From Nitrospirota bacterium (GTDB lineage: Bacteria; Nitrospirota; Nitrospiria; Nitrospirales; Nitrospiraceae): a stretch of DNA of 64,000 nucleotides. A program made the position numbers and the translations under genes. The stretch lies in NCBI GenBank assembly GCA_963701855.1, contig CAVPBK010000004.1:32001-96000 (forward strand). The letters run 5' to 3'. A model generated the notes under the pieces. It was not told the DNA's origin and did not search any database. It saw only the letters and a list, made by a program, of their open reading frames with translations. Shown here one piece after another: positions 19,595-30,943 of this stretch. The stretch's first letter is position 1. Every line of letters begins with the position of its first letter.

Positions 19595-20083
19595 ATGAAA
19601 AACTTTCACGTGATATTGGCGAGTATCCTGATTTCAGTGGCTGGGCTCCAGACCCTGCAGCCAGTACAAGCAGCCGCCAGCGACAACGGAAGCTTCATGA
19701 GCCTGTGGAGTACCTACTCCCATTGCCAAGCCACTACCGATATCGACCAGTTGAGAGAGAACGCGTTGACCCTGACAAACGCAGCCAATCGCTCGCTCAC
19801 CAAGGAAGCCTTTGTTCTCCCTCTACCAGGCAAGCTTGAAAGATTTGTGTCAACTCCTGCGGCCAGATTCTCGGTGGACGTGAAAGCGATGGCTGCGGCC
19901 TGTTCCTTACGGGCCAGCTTCGCTGCGGTGGAAGCAGGAAAACTGGACATTGCCAAAGACCTTCTCCAGACAATTCTCAGCTACCAACCCCAATCCGAGT
20001 ACGCCTACTACGCGCTACAGGCAAAATCATTGCTTTCAGAAATCGAGACGAACGCCATTGAGGTTACACTCAACCTTCCCTAG
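19595..20083 (+). CDS. Secreted hypothetical protein (helical, TPR-like C-terminus)
   Basis: GAGG RBS, Sec signal peptide (..PVQA), two Cys. Confidence 0.75.
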   Translation: MKNFHVILASILISVAGLQTLQPVQAAASDNGSFMSLWSTYSHCQATTDIDQLRENALTLTNAANRSLTKEAFVLPLPGKLERFVSTPAARFSVDVKAMAAACSLRASFAAVEAGKLDIAKDLLQTILSYQPQSEYAYYALQAKSLLSEIETNAIEVTLNLP

Positions 20084-20085
20084 CC

Positions 20086-20209
20086 TGTCTTGTTCGTTTG
20101 GTCTGTTCGGTCTATCTGGTCAGTCTCGTTTATTCGGCTGAATTATGCCAACCAGAGAGACCAGGTGAACCAGAAAAACCAGACAGACCTGGTAGTCTCA
20201 GACGTGCAG
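20086..20209. repeat. 9-bp-periodic palindromic repeat (family D)
   Basis: ggtctgttc ggtctatct ggtcagtct cgtttattc ... aaccagaga gaccaggtg aaccagaaa aaccagaca; near-identical to 48975-49099. Confidence 0.85.
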
Positions 20210-21724
20210 CTACCCTCCTGTGACTAACGACACAAACAGTCTGTCGTAGGCATTTGCTGAGCGAACCCACGACACATCCGTAGCCATCCCTGCTTCAACC
20301 AGTTGACCCCACATCGATCGATCCTGATATACCGACACAGCTTGGCGCAACACAACCAGAAGAGCCTCTGCCGTATCCTCCTCAACATGAAACCCGGTTG
20401 CTTGTCCCACCTGCCGAGCCCACGTGGCCAGCGGTAGGACCGTATCTGCCAACCCACCAATTTTTCTCACTACGGGGACCGTTCCATAGCGAAGGCTGTA
20501 GAGCTGGCTCAAGCCACAGGGCTCATACCGAGACGGCATCACAAGCATGTCTGCTCCGCCTTCGATACGATGGGCGAGCCCTTCGTCGAAGCCGATACGA
20601 AGTCCCATACTGTGTGGATAACGTGCCTGAAGCATCTTAAACTTGGCTTCGAGCTCGGGCTCGCCAGCTCCCAACATTACCAGCTGCAGATCCATCGCCA
20701 TCAGTTGCGGAATAATATCCGCCACAAGATCTAAGCCCTTTTGTGAGGTCAGCCGCGCAATGATGCCAAGAAGCGGAACCGATGTTTCCGGCAACTGAAA
20801 CTCCCGTTGAAGCGCCTGTTTGCACTTCAGTTTCCCTGAACGGTCGAACACTGAGTAGTTGGCCGACAGATAGGAATCGGTTTCCGGGTTCCATCGATCG
20901 ATATCGATACCGTTCAGGATACCCAGGAGTCGGTCCACACGGTTGCGTAGCACGCCCTCAAGGCCAAAACCGAATTTGGGCGTGAGAATTTCTCGCGCGT
21001 AGGTGGGACTGACCGTCGTGACATAATCAGCAAACACAATCCCCCCCTTGAGCAGATTTACCAAACCATAATACTCAAGAGCCGCAGGGTTAAACAGCGA
21101 TGGAGGCAGACCTGTTTTCTTAAATTGATCCCCGGGGAAAAGGCCTTGATACCCGACATTGTGCAGCGTCAGTACGGTGCGCACTCCCTGTACTTCCGGA
21201 CGATCTCGATCAACGGTATTGAGATAGACCGCACACAACGCTGTTTGCCAATCATGCAGATGGAGGATATCGGTCTTCCATCGGCACGCGGTTTGGAGAT
21301 AGGCCATCACCTCGATCGTCGCGCGGCAGAAGAAGGTAAACCGGTCGAGATTATCAGGGTAATCGATACCGTGGTCTTGATACAGCCCTGGCCGGTCGAA
21401 GAAGCCTTCGTTCCGAATCGTCCACACCCGCACCCGGCAATCACCTTCGCCAACGGGAATAACATCTTCCTCGATCAGCGTGTCGATACGTCCCTGAGGT
21501 GTCGGCACATGGAGCCGACAGACAGAACGGAAGGATCGGCTTGACTCACTCAAACAGCGGTAGCGTGGGAGCAGGAGGATGACATCGTGACCAAGTTTTG
21601 CCAACTCAAGGGGCAGCGCGCCTGCGACGTCGGCAAGCCCGCCGGTCTTGGCATAGGGAACCGCTTCGGAAGAGACCATGAGAAGATTTAGAGGGTGCTG
21701 GGTCACGGAAGGCCTATAGGACAC
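20210..21724 (-). CDS. glgA: Glycogen synthase
   Basis: KTGGLADV, HLHDWQ, TLHNVGYQG, PSRYEPCGLSQL. Confidence 0.96.
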   Translation of the reverse strand: MSYRPSVTQHPLNLLMVSSEAVPYAKTGGLADVAGALPLELAKLGHDVILLLPRYRCLSESSRSFRSVCRLHVPTPQGRIDTLIEEDVIPVGEGDCRVRVWTIRNEGFFDRPGLYQDHGIDYPDNLDRFTFFCRATIEVMAYLQTACRWKTDILHLHDWQTALCAVYLNTVDRDRPEVQGVRTVLTLHNVGYQGLFPGDQFKKTGLPPSLFNPAALEYYGLVNLLKGGIVFADYVTTVSPTYAREILTPKFGFGLEGVLRNRVDRLLGILNGIDIDRWNPETDSYLSANYSVFDRSGKLKCKQALQREFQLPETSVPLLGIIARLTSQKGLDLVADIIPQLMAMDLQLVMLGAGEPELEAKFKMLQARYPHSMGLRIGFDEGLAHRIEGGADMLVMPSRYEPCGLSQLYSLRYGTVPVVRKIGGLADTVLPLATWARQVGQATGFHVEEDTAEALLVVLRQAVSVYQDRSMWGQLVEAGMATDVSWVRSANAYDRLFVSLVTGG

Positions 21725-21730
21725 ATCACA

Positions 21731-22255
21731 TTATGGAGCGGCCGGTACTTCAAGCCTAGAGCGAAACTTCTCTTCGTGCTTCCAACTGCGTCCAAGCTCA
21801 TGAAGTTTCTCCGATGTCAGCTTTTCACGATAGACAAGCCGTTCTTCAAAAAACACTACTAGCCATCCCTGATCAGGATAAGCCAGAAACAGCGCATCGC
21901 CGGCCTCAATTTGGATCTCCCATCCTCGCGGTGGTTCCCCACTTGCCAACCTCGACCGCGGAATCAGTTCGCCGTCTTTCATGCCGAAGAACTGCATGAA
22001 CTCGGCATGTTGATATGCCGGCGCCCCCCATGCCCTAACAAACGCTGGGGGAGTCAATTGATTGAGCACCAACTTGTTTGCGCGCACGTTGAGCTCCTGC
22101 TCTTCCAACGAGGGCATCCAGCTGCAACTAAGAAGAGATCCGATAGCGATCACAACAAACACACCGGCCCATCCAGAGCGACTCAGAAAATCAAGGCTCC
22201 TGAACCACCGAGCACCGCACCGAGTCACTCTAAACATATCCACGAGCTTCCTCAC
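21731..22255 (-). CDS. Hypothetical lipoprotein
   Basis: Lipobox LLSC after a hydrophobic stretch; overlaps the upstream gene stop (ATGA-type coupling). Confidence 0.65.
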   Translation of the reverse strand: MRKLVDMFRVTRCGARWFRSLDFLSRSGWAGVFVVIAIGSLLSCSWMPSLEEQELNVRANKLVLNQLTPPAFVRAWGAPAYQHAEFMQFFGMKDGELIPRSRLASGEPPRGWEIQIEAGDALFLAYPDQGWLVVFFEERLVYREKLTSEKLHELGRSWKHEEKFRSRLEVPAAP

Positions 22256-22608
22256 AATAGGCGTCGGCTCCTTGGTTCAACAGGCTTCACAGGCTGACAG
22301 ACATCACACTGGCAAAGCCGCCGAAGAAGGGCATAGGAGTAAATACCGGTGTCGTGACCATCGCTCCATGTGAATTGCAACGCATATCGTCCCACCGGCT
22401 GTACATCCTGCAATATGATCAAGAGCGGCACATCGTCCGGTTGCAAACGCCGTGCGCCAGACCACTCGTCCACGCAGGCTGCGCAGGGACATTGTTGGCG
22501 GAGATACCTTACTGGATAGATCGCCTTGTGCCCATCGCTCCATTCGATGCCCAACACCCCCTTTTCAATCCAGGCCATGTCTCTCGGTTCACACACAGTC
22601 TCGGTCAT
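22252..22608 (-). CDS. DUF971 domain protein
   Basis: IEWSDGH..YLRQQCPCAAC, PVGRYA..WSDGHDTGIYS. Confidence 0.9.
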   Translation of the reverse strand: MTETVCEPRDMAWIEKGVLGIEWSDGHKAIYPVRYLRQQCPCAACVDEWSGARRLQPDDVPLLIILQDVQPVGRYALQFTWSDGHDTGIYSYALLRRLCQCDVCQPVKPVEPRSRRLL

Positions 22609-22631
22609 GGTGACGGATTCCTTCTTGCGAC

Positions 22632-22694
22632 GTCACTACTCAGGGGTTCAGGCTGAAGACTAAAAGCCTTCAGTCTATTTACCTGAGTAGTGAC
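22632..22694. repeat. Hairpin (family F)
   Basis: gtcactactcagg..aggctgaag / cttcagtct..cctgagtagtgac. Confidence 0.7.
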
Positions 22695-22719
22695 TTTCCT
22701 ACTGACAACCGTCTCATCC

Positions 22720-23472
22720 TCATGACGGATACGACAGAAAATTCACCGGGGGTAGCTGTCTGCCTGCGACAACAGTGACATACCCTTCAATCGCATCTTC
22801 CAGCTCATGCCGAATTTGCCCGGCGGCCTTCAAACGATCGACCACCGATGGCGAAAGCCTCAACGCTTGCTGGAGAAATGCCAGGCTCCCTCGTGAGAGC
22901 GGCAAGCAGCGGAAGGCTTGGCGCGCAGCACAGACCCTACAGACCAGGCCGCCGGACAGAGGCGAAAACTTCGATTCTTCCATCAACCGGCCATTGCCGC
23001 AGGCGGCACAGTGATCGGTCTGAGGGCGAAACCCGATAAGGCCCAGCAGACGAATCTGAAATAGCAGCGCCGTCAACGCCGGGTCCTGGCTCATGACCAA
23101 TGCGCGCAAGCCCAGTTCAAGCGTCTCGAAGAGCTGCGGGTCCGGGTCCCCATCCGGCGTCACCGCACCCACCACATTAACCATCCGCGCGGCAGCAGTC
23201 ATCAGCGTCAAGTCTTCACGAAACCGCATGAACGGCTCCACGAGATCGACTTGAGACACTCGATAGAGCGAATCTCCTGATTTTTCGAATAGGTTCAGAT
23301 GGCAGATGGTGAGCGGTTCGAGCGATGCCCCGAGGCGGCTCTTCATCCGACGAGCCCCCCGCGCCACCGCGCGAACCTTTCCTATCTCCTTGGTATAGAA
23401 AGTCACAATGCGATCCGCATCGCCCCACTTTCGACTTTTCAGCGTGATGGCTGCGGTCTTGATCAGCGGCAT
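22720..23472 (-). CDS. recO: DNA repair protein RecO
   Basis: GDADRIVTFYT..GKVRAVARGAR, CAAC..CRVC zinc finger; start at MPLIK. Confidence 0.93.
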   Translation of the reverse strand: MPLIKTAAITLKSRKWGDADRIVTFYTKEIGKVRAVARGARRMKSRLGASLEPLTICHLNLFEKSGDSLYRVSQVDLVEPFMRFREDLTLMTAAARMVNVVGAVTPDGDPDPQLFETLELGLRALVMSQDPALTALLFQIRLLGLIGFRPQTDHCAACGNGRLMEESKFSPLSGGLVCRVCAARQAFRCLPLSRGSLAFLQQALRLSPSVVDRLKAAGQIRHELEDAIEGYVTVVAGRQLPPVNFLSYPS

Positions 23473-23481
23473 GGGTGAAAT

Positions 23482-23572
23482 CCGTGAAACGTGAATCGTA
23501 AAACGTGAAAGGTTTCTGAGGAAGAGCACTCGGAAGTCCTACGTTTCACGTTTCACACCTCACGTTTTACGG
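23482..23572. repeat. 7-bp-periodic inverted repeat (family E)
   Basis: cgtgaaa cgtgaat cgtaaaa cgtgaaa - spacer - tttcacg tttcaca cctcacg ttttacg. Confidence 0.85.
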
Positions 23573-23578
23573 TTTCTA

Positions 23579-25042
23579 TTAGCGAAGGTATTCCATGAAC
23601 ACAGTGGCCAGGGAAAGATAGATGGTAATGCCCGTGATATCATTGGCCGTCGTCACAAAGGGGCCGGCCGCAACGGCAGGATCAATCTTCATCCGCTTCA
23701 GCAAGATGGGCATGAACGTCGCCATGCTGGTTGAGACCATGAATGCGATAATCAACGACAGCCCCACGACCATGCCCAGAAACTCTTGATGCCAAATCCA
23801 GCCGACAAGCGTGAGAATCACGCCGCAAGCGAGCCCCATCAGTAGTCCAACCTTGATTTCCCTGAAAAACACGGTGCGCACATCCGTCAGCTCGATCAGC
23901 CCTGTCGCCAATCCTCGAATAATGAGGGTCGAGGACTGGAGGCCTACGTTTCCACCCATGGCGGCAATAACCGGAATAAAACTAACGATGGCGACCACTT
24001 CCTGAATCGTGTACCGGAACTCCCACAGAATCGCCCCCGACAACAGACTGCCGACGAGATTCGTAAAGAGCCACGGGAGCCGATGCTTTGCCGACGCCAC
24101 GCAGGAAGACTTCGAAACCGAGTCCTCTTCGATCGCGCCGGCCATCTTGAGCATATCTTCAGTCGCTTCTTCGCGGATCACGTCCACGACGTCGTCGACC
24201 GTGATAATGCCGACCAATCTGTTATCGCTGTCGATGACCGGAATCGCGAGCAAGTTATAACTCGCCACCTGACGGGCGACTTCTTCCTGGTCCATATCGA
24301 CCGTCACGCTGATCACATCGCGCGTGGCGATGTTTTTCAGCGGCGTGACGGGAGGAACCGTCAGCAGCTGCCGCAAAGAGAGCACCCCGACCAAACGCTC
24401 ATCCTTGTCGGTCACATAAATATAGAACACCATTTCCGCATCCGTCGCCAATTGGAGACGTCGGATAGCGTCTTGCGCCGTCGCATCTTCCGGGAGCGCG
24501 AAGAACTCCGTCGTCATGATGCCGCCGGCTGTATCCTTTGGATACTTCAGGAGGTCGGCAACTTCCGTGGAGTCCTCCGCCCGCATCAGCGCGAGAATCT
24601 CTTTGGCCCGCTCTTCCGGCAAAACACCAAGGAGGTAGGCCACGTCATCGTGGCCGAGGTCTTTGATCAACCAGGCGATATCCGCGTGCAGTAGGTCCGC
24701 CAGCACCTGATTGATACTATCGCTGTCGAGTTCGCTCAGCACTTGGCCGCGCTTCGACTCGCCTCGCACCAGTTCGAAGACTTCCCGCTTTTCTTTGGGG
24801 GACGACAGATGCATGATCACTTGCGCTACGTCGGCCTGGTGCATCCGGCCCAGCATCTTTGCAAGATTGGTGATCGCACCCCGGTGCAATAGCCGTTGTA
24901 CCGACAACAGCACGATGTCGAATTTGGTCCGGCCTCGATCGGCCTGGTCACGCAACGCGTCGCGGAGGAGATCTTTATCCCCTGGTCGAAGGCGTGGATC
25001 CACCGGATTCGATTCTGTCATACGTTCCGTCGGCTGCATCAC
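23579..25042 (-). CDS. mgtE: Magnesium transporter MgtE
   Basis: CBS pair, MGGNVGLQS, DPAVAAGPFVTTANDI. Confidence 0.95.
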   Translation of the reverse strand: MMQPTERMTESNPVDPRLRPGDKDLLRDALRDQADRGRTKFDIVLLSVQRLLHRGAITNLAKMLGRMHQADVAQVIMHLSSPKEKREVFELVRGESKRGQVLSELDSDSINQVLADLLHADIAWLIKDLGHDDVAYLLGVLPEERAKEILALMRAEDSTEVADLLKYPKDTAGGIMTTEFFALPEDATAQDAIRRLQLATDAEMVFYIYVTDKDERLVGVLSLRQLLTVPPVTPLKNIATRDVISVTVDMDQEEVARQVASYNLLAIPVIDSDNRLVGIITVDDVVDVIREEATEDMLKMAGAIEEDSVSKSSCVASAKHRLPWLFTNLVGSLLSGAILWEFRYTIQEVVAIVSFIPVIAAMGGNVGLQSSTLIIRGLATGLIELTDVRTVFFREIKVGLLMGLACGVILTLVGWIWHQEFLGMVVGLSLIIAFMVSTSMATFMPILLKRMKIDPAVAAGPFVTTANDITGITIYLSLATVFMEYLR

Positions 25043-25049
25043 AATCCTG

Positions 25050-25934
25050 TTAATACCCTAGTTCAGTGAGAGCGTGCTCATCTTCTCGCCACGCCTCCCG
25101 CACTTTCACCCACAACTGCAGAAACACTTTCATCCCGAAGATCTGCTCCATATCACGCCGCGCATCGGTCCCGACCTGCTTAAGCCTCTCTCCGTGCTTC
25201 CCGATCACGATCGCCTTATGAGATTCTCGTTCGACCAGCACCGTCGCGCTGATGCGAGCCAGCTTCCCCTCCTCGACAAACTCGTCGATCTCCACGGCAA
25301 CCGAATAGGGCACTTCTTCATATGTCTGAAGCAAAATTTTCTCGCGAATCATCTCGGCCGCCAAGGTTCTCATGGACTGATCTGTGACGGTGTCTGCATC
25401 ATAGGCCGCATCCCCTTCCGAAAGATGGGCCACGGTCACGGACAGCAATCGATCGACATTATCGCCGGTTTCAGCCGATACCGGCACCACATCTGTCCAA
25501 CCGAATAACCTGGCATAGGTTTCCATCACCGGCAGCAACTTGAGCTTATTGACCAGATCCACCTTGTTCAACACGAGAATGACTGGGCGTGGACGCTTCC
25601 TAACCGCCCCTTTCACGTGATCCAGGACCAAGAGATCGCCGGGGCCAGGGGAACTCGTCGTGTCCATCAACACGTACAAAATATCCGCCTCTTCCAGCAC
25701 CTCGACCGTGGTGCGGACCATGCGACGATTGAGTAGATGTTGCGGCTTGTGCAACCCCGGCGTATCGAGCAAGGCAATCTGCGCACCCGGTGCATGCACG
25801 ACCCCCAGAATTCTCGTCCTCGTCGTTTGCGGCTTGTCCGAGACGATCGCGATCTTCTGCTCCAGCAATCGATTGAGCAATGTCGACTTGCCCACGTTCG
25901 GTCGTCCAATGATCGCGACTGTGCCAAACTTCAT
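25050..25934 (-). CDS. era: GTPase Era
   Basis: GRPNVGKSTL, PQTTR, DTPG, NKVD, EEVPYS, KH domain. Confidence 0.96.
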   Translation of the reverse strand: MKFGTVAIIGRPNVGKSTLLNRLLEQKIAIVSDKPQTTRTRILGVVHAPGAQIALLDTPGLHKPQHLLNRRMVRTTVEVLEEADILYVLMDTTSSPGPGDLLVLDHVKGAVRKRPRPVILVLNKVDLVNKLKLLPVMETYARLFGWTDVVPVSAETGDNVDRLLSVTVAHLSEGDAAYDADTVTDQSMRTLAAEMIREKILLQTYEEVPYSVAVEIDEFVEEGKLARISATVLVERESHKAIVIGKHGERLKQVGTDARRDMEQIFGMKVFLQLWVKVREAWREDEHALTELGY

Positions 25935-25938
25935 GGCG

Positions 25939-26289
25939 TTACGGGCGTGACCGCTCCTGCGATGGTGATGGAACCAATTGATACACGGTTTCGCCTTTGC
26001 GAACGTAGCCGAGCTGCTCTCGCGCCAACTGTTCAATTTTCGCGGGATCGTGTTCTAAACGATCGATGTCCCCCCGAAGCGTGCTGGTCGTCCGTTGTAA
26101 TTCATGAAGATCCACGTCCAACTGTTGGGCCTGCTCGCGCATGGAGAAGTAGCGCGGCAGACCCATGTCGCCAAAAACCAAGACGATCAGCAGCAGCAGG
26201 CACACGGCGACTCCAATATAGTGTGCGCCCGTTACCATGCGGCGTTGCCAATCAAGCCACTGCCGCCCCCGATTCTGTTTAATGATCAT
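25939..26289 (-). CDS. ftsB: Septum formation initiator (FtsB/DivIC family)
   Basis: Single TM, coiled coil, IEQLAREQLGYVRKGE; follows eno. Confidence 0.85.
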   Translation of the reverse strand: MIIKQNRGRQWLDWQRRMVTGAHYIGVAVCLLLLIVLVFGDMGLPRYFSMREQAQQLDVDLHELQRTTSTLRGDIDRLEHDPAKIEQLAREQLGYVRKGETVYQLVPSPSQERSRP

Positions 26290-26304
26290 CGCGGATGCTC
26301 ATGA

Positions 26305-27594
<1,290 letters not shown>

Positions 27595-27628
27595 TTACTC
27601 CATCTAAAAAATCGAAAGTTATCCCCCT

Positions 27629-27859
27629 CTACTTCGTCGCAAAATCAAACACAGGCGTCTGGAGCACTCGCGACGGCAATCGTTGCTCCCACACCGTCTG
27701 CTGTAACCGCTCAACCGTTTCAGGGCTATACAGCCGTTCCCCACATTGATCACAAACCTTCGCCGGAACATGCTCGACAACAACTAATTTGTCATCCATT
27801 TGAATCGTATAGGTCACCATCTGCTCGCTCATCGGCGACCCACAGACATCGCATTTCAT
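27629..27859 (-). CDS. YgiT/MqsA-type zinc finger protein (putative antitoxin)
   Basis: MKCDVC...VPAKVCDQCGE. Confidence 0.85.
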   Translation of the reverse strand: MKCDVCGSPMSEQMVTYTIQMDDKLVVVEHVPAKVCDQCGERLYSPETVERLQQTVWEQRLPSRVLQTPVFDFATK

Positions 27860-27860
27860 G

Positions 27861-28166
27861 TTATCGCCTCCTCACCTTGAACTCGATCCACAGGGCAGGG
27901 TCTGGTTCATAGATAGTAATAATCTTCACTGTGGGCCTGCTTGAATCACTGCATTGAACATGAATGGGACGGCCCACCCTCGTCATTCCGAAGATCAAAC
28001 AGCTGGAACCATACTTGTCGTCCGGATAGGCCTCAATAATTTCGCCGCCGACAATGGCCTCTCGCAGATCCTGCACTGAAATGTGGCGAATAATCGATTG
28101 ATCGACAGCATGCTGAGAAAACTCAAAGCCTCCCCGCGCTACTCTCCTTCGAATCTCATCGATCAA
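27861..28166 (-). CDS. DUF4258 domain protein (putative RelE-like toxin)
   Basis: FSQHA, GEIIEAYPDDKYG.SCLIFG, RPIHVQ, ITIYEPD..W. Confidence 0.85.
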   Translation of the reverse strand: MIDEIRRRVARGGFEFSQHAVDQSIIRHISVQDLREAIVGGEIIEAYPDDKYGSSCLIFGMTRVGRPIHVQCSDSSRPTVKIITIYEPDPALWIEFKVRRR

Positions 28167-28234
28167 CTATTCCTCCGCGAATCGACAATCTGTCGCCTTT
28201 TAATCTCTCGAATCGCGTTCATGTTCTCATCTAC

Positions 28235-28972
28235 CTATTGCAAATAAATGTCAAAACCTGAGAAACCCCTACCCTCTTGTGCGTTCACATACGAGAGCCA
28301 CTCTTTTGTGGGCCAGTTAAAGCCATACGTATTGCACAAAAGGGCAACGCCTCCCCACTCCGGCACTCCTGAAATTATCCACACCGAGGCCCAAATCGAT
28401 TCCACTCCAGAAACCAGCTCACAGAGCCGTCTTAAATCTGGTGCCCCACCTAATATGTTCTGGTAGACCAAAAGGTGACGATTCAGCCTCTTATTTTCGA
28501 CCTTGGCGGTCTTTCTCAGAATCGTGGCGGCAACCCACTCATCAGATATTGGCTCTCCTGCGAAAGCAGATTGTGGAATCTCTGGTTTACTCCCATTTCT
28601 ATATGCCTCGCGAATCCTATAGCCGGGCGGATAAGCAGTCGTAATCTCAAACTGGTAAATAGCTCCATTAGCTGTACGAGCTTCAATATCTAATGCCTCT
28701 TCATTGATCCTGGCCATTCTCCCCATCACAGGCGAAACGAGCCGCCGAAAAATCGACAGGAAGGTGGCCCCCACAAGTGCTTCTTGTATTTTCTGTTCGA
28801 GGCTTCCCCCTCTGGACAGGAATGCCTCGCACGTCATTTCTGATTCCGCCTTAACTGCCCACCGTAGCAATCTCGATGGATGCTGCCATAAATACATTGC
28901 GTCAATATCGGAGAAGCCATGATGCATTTTCTTCGCAGTAAGGTCAGGCACCATTAGACTCCTGTCATCCAT
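28235..28972 (-). CDS. Hypothetical protein, possible PD-(D/E)XK-like fold
   Basis: 245-aa ORF in visibly AT-richer DNA; 'LDIEAR...YQFEITTA' resembles a D...ExT nuclease core. Confidence 0.55.
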   Translation of the reverse strand: MDDRSLMVPDLTAKKMHHGFSDIDAMYLWQHPSRLLRWAVKAESEMTCEAFLSRGGSLEQKIQEALVGATFLSIFRRLVSPVMGRMARINEEALDIEARTANGAIYQFEITTAYPPGYRIREAYRNGSKPEIPQSAFAGEPISDEWVAATILRKTAKVENKRLNRHLLVYQNILGGAPDLRRLCELVSGVESIWASVWIISGVPEWGGVALLCNTYGFNWPTKEWLSYVNAQEGRGFSGFDIYLQ

Positions 28973-29087
28973 GCGCTAGAAAATCATTCCTGAAATCCAT
29001 TAACTCGTTGCCAGAGAAAATACTTCTTTCACTCTTGCTGGCTTAGAACTGTCATCAAAACTTCCTCGTCCTCCACTCCTTCTACCT

Positions 29088-29194
29088 TGAGCGCGGGTGG
29101 CGCCGACCTGGGAGCCCGTCCGCCCGCAGCGGGGTCCCTACACCGGGCGGGGTGCGAGGACGGACGGGCTGGTCGGCGACAGGACCCGCGCTCA
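29088..29194. repeat. Long GC-rich imperfect palindrome overlapping the gatB stop codon
   Basis: tgagcgcgggt..cgccgacc..agcccgtccg ... cggacgggct ggtcggcg..acccgcgctca. Confidence 0.8.
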
Positions 29195-30619
29195 TCCCAA
29201 CCTCTTCTTCAGCAACTCATTGACCTTCCCAGGATTCGCCTTGCCGCCGCTCGCCTTCATCACCTGCCCGACTAGGAATCCAAGCACTTGCTGCTTACCC
29301 TCTTTGAACTGAGCTACCTGCGTCGGATTCTTCGCGAGCACTCCGTCGATGATCTTGTCGAGCGCTGCTTCGTCGGATACTTGAATCAGCCCCTTCTCTT
29401 GGACGATCTGTTCCGGTGTTTTCCCGCTGCTGTAGACCTCGGGGAATATCTCGCGCGCGACTTTCAAACTGATCGTCCCTTGCTCAACCAATTGAAGAAG
29501 ACTCACGAGCTGTTCTGGTGAAACCGGGGAAGCACTCGCGTCGGTCCCTGAGTTATTCAGCTCTCTGGTGAGTTCGCCCATGACCCAGTTACTCACCGTC
29601 TTGGGTTGATTGAATAACTTCACACAGACTTCGAAGTAGTCGGCCACGGCCTTCGATGCCGTCAACACACCGGCATCGTACTCAGACAGCGCCCATTCGC
29701 TGACAAATCGCTGCAGCCTGGCCGCAGGCAACTCAGTCACCTGTTTGCGACAGCCTTCGATCCATTCCTTGTCCAGCTTGAGCGGCACCAGATCAGGGTC
29801 GGGAAAGTAGCGATAGTCGTGCGCCTCCTCTTTGGAGCGCATCACCGCCGTCTCGCCGCGGTCGAGATTCCAAAGCCGGGTCTCCTGATTAATCTTGCCG
29901 CCCTCGCTCAACACCTTCGTCTGACGCTTGATCTCATATTCGATGGCGTCCTTGACGAACTTGAACGAATTGATGTTCTTGAGCTCGACCTTTGTCCCAA
30001 ATTCCTTCTGGCCCAACGGACGGAGCGAGAGATTCGGCTCGCAGCGGAAACTCCCTTCATCCATATTGCCGTCACATACCTCGAGATACATGAGCACATC
30101 GCGGAGGCCCTTCAAATAGGCCACGACTTCGTCGGACGATCGCAAGTCCGGCTCCGTCACAATTTCAAGCAGCGGAGTTCCCGCCCGATTCAAATCGACG
30201 CGGCTCCCGTTGGTGCCGGCGACATGGATGCTCTTTCCCGCATCTTCTTCCAGATGGGCACGACGGATACGGACGCGCCGTTTACTTTCACTCGTCGCAA
30301 TCTCGATCCAGCCATGCTCGCAGATCGGCGCCTCATATTGCGAAATCTGATAGCCCTTGGGCAGATCCGGATAGAAGTAGTTCTTGCGTGCAAAAAGATT
30401 GTCCGCTGCAATTGTGCAATTCAAAGCCAGCCCCGCACGCACCGCCATCTCCACCGCCGCCTGGTTAAGCACCGGCAACGAACCGGGGAGCCCCAAACAC
30501 AAGGGACAGGTCTGGCTATTGGCCGTGAGCCCGAATACCGTCCCGCAGCTGCAAAACAGCTTGGACTTCGTCCGCAGCTGCGCATGCACTTCCACTCCAA
30601 TGACGACTTCGTAGATCAT
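29192..30619 (-). CDS. gatB: Asp/Glu-tRNA amidotransferase subunit B
   Basis: [42 protein letters not shown]. Confidence 0.98.
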   Translation of the reverse strand: MIYEVVIGVEVHAQLRTKSKLFCSCGTVFGLTANSQTCPLCLGLPGSLPVLNQAAVEMAVRAGLALNCTIAADNLFARKNYFYPDLPKGYQISQYEAPICEHGWIEIATSESKRRVRIRRAHLEEDAGKSIHVAGTNGSRVDLNRAGTPLLEIVTEPDLRSSDEVVAYLKGLRDVLMYLEVCDGNMDEGSFRCEPNLSLRPLGQKEFGTKVELKNINSFKFVKDAIEYEIKRQTKVLSEGGKINQETRLWNLDRGETAVMRSKEEAHDYRYFPDPDLVPLKLDKEWIEGCRKQVTELPAARLQRFVSEWALSEYDAGVLTASKAVADYFEVCVKLFNQPKTVSNWVMGELTRELNNSGTDASASPVSPEQLVSLLQLVEQGTISLKVAREIFPEVYSSGKTPEQIVQEKGLIQVSDEAALDKIIDGVLAKNPTQVAQFKEGKQQVLGFLVGQVMKASGGKANPGKVNELLKKRLG

Positions 30620-30622
30620 CGT

Positions 30623-30943
30623 TTAGCTGCGGTCTTCCTCATGCAACCGGTCACGTTCGCGCCGCATCGCCTCACGACCTGCGTCAAACGCTTCGCGTAG
30701 GACCCCTTTCTTCGAGTCCACAAATTCCTTCCCATCTCCTACAACTTCTTCCAGCACTTCGCCGGCGCGACCTGCCAGATCCCGCAGATCACCTTCTGCG
30801 CGACGGGCATAACCACGCAACTGCTCGCGCGATTCGCGGCCGGTCTGTGGAGCCAGTAATAATGCCGCCACCGCGCCTAACGCCGCGCCGCTCAGGAATA
30901 CCAGCACGACTGCTGCTGCTGAGGAACCTCTATCATCCGCCAT
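30623..30943 (-). CDS. YtxH domain protein
   Basis: GAALGAVAALLLAPQTGRESR. Confidence 0.88.
   Translation of the reverse strand: MADDRGSSAAAVVLVFLSGAALGAVAALLLAPQTGRESREQLRGYARRAEGDLRDLAGRAGEVLEEVVGDGKEFVDSKKGVLREAFDAGREAMRRERDRLHEEDRS

Noticed and set aside
23473..23529. N-terminal extension of RecO (MLFLRNLSRFTIHVSR)
   Set aside because: It is the heptamer repeat read in frame; ATG 23472 gives a normal RecO start
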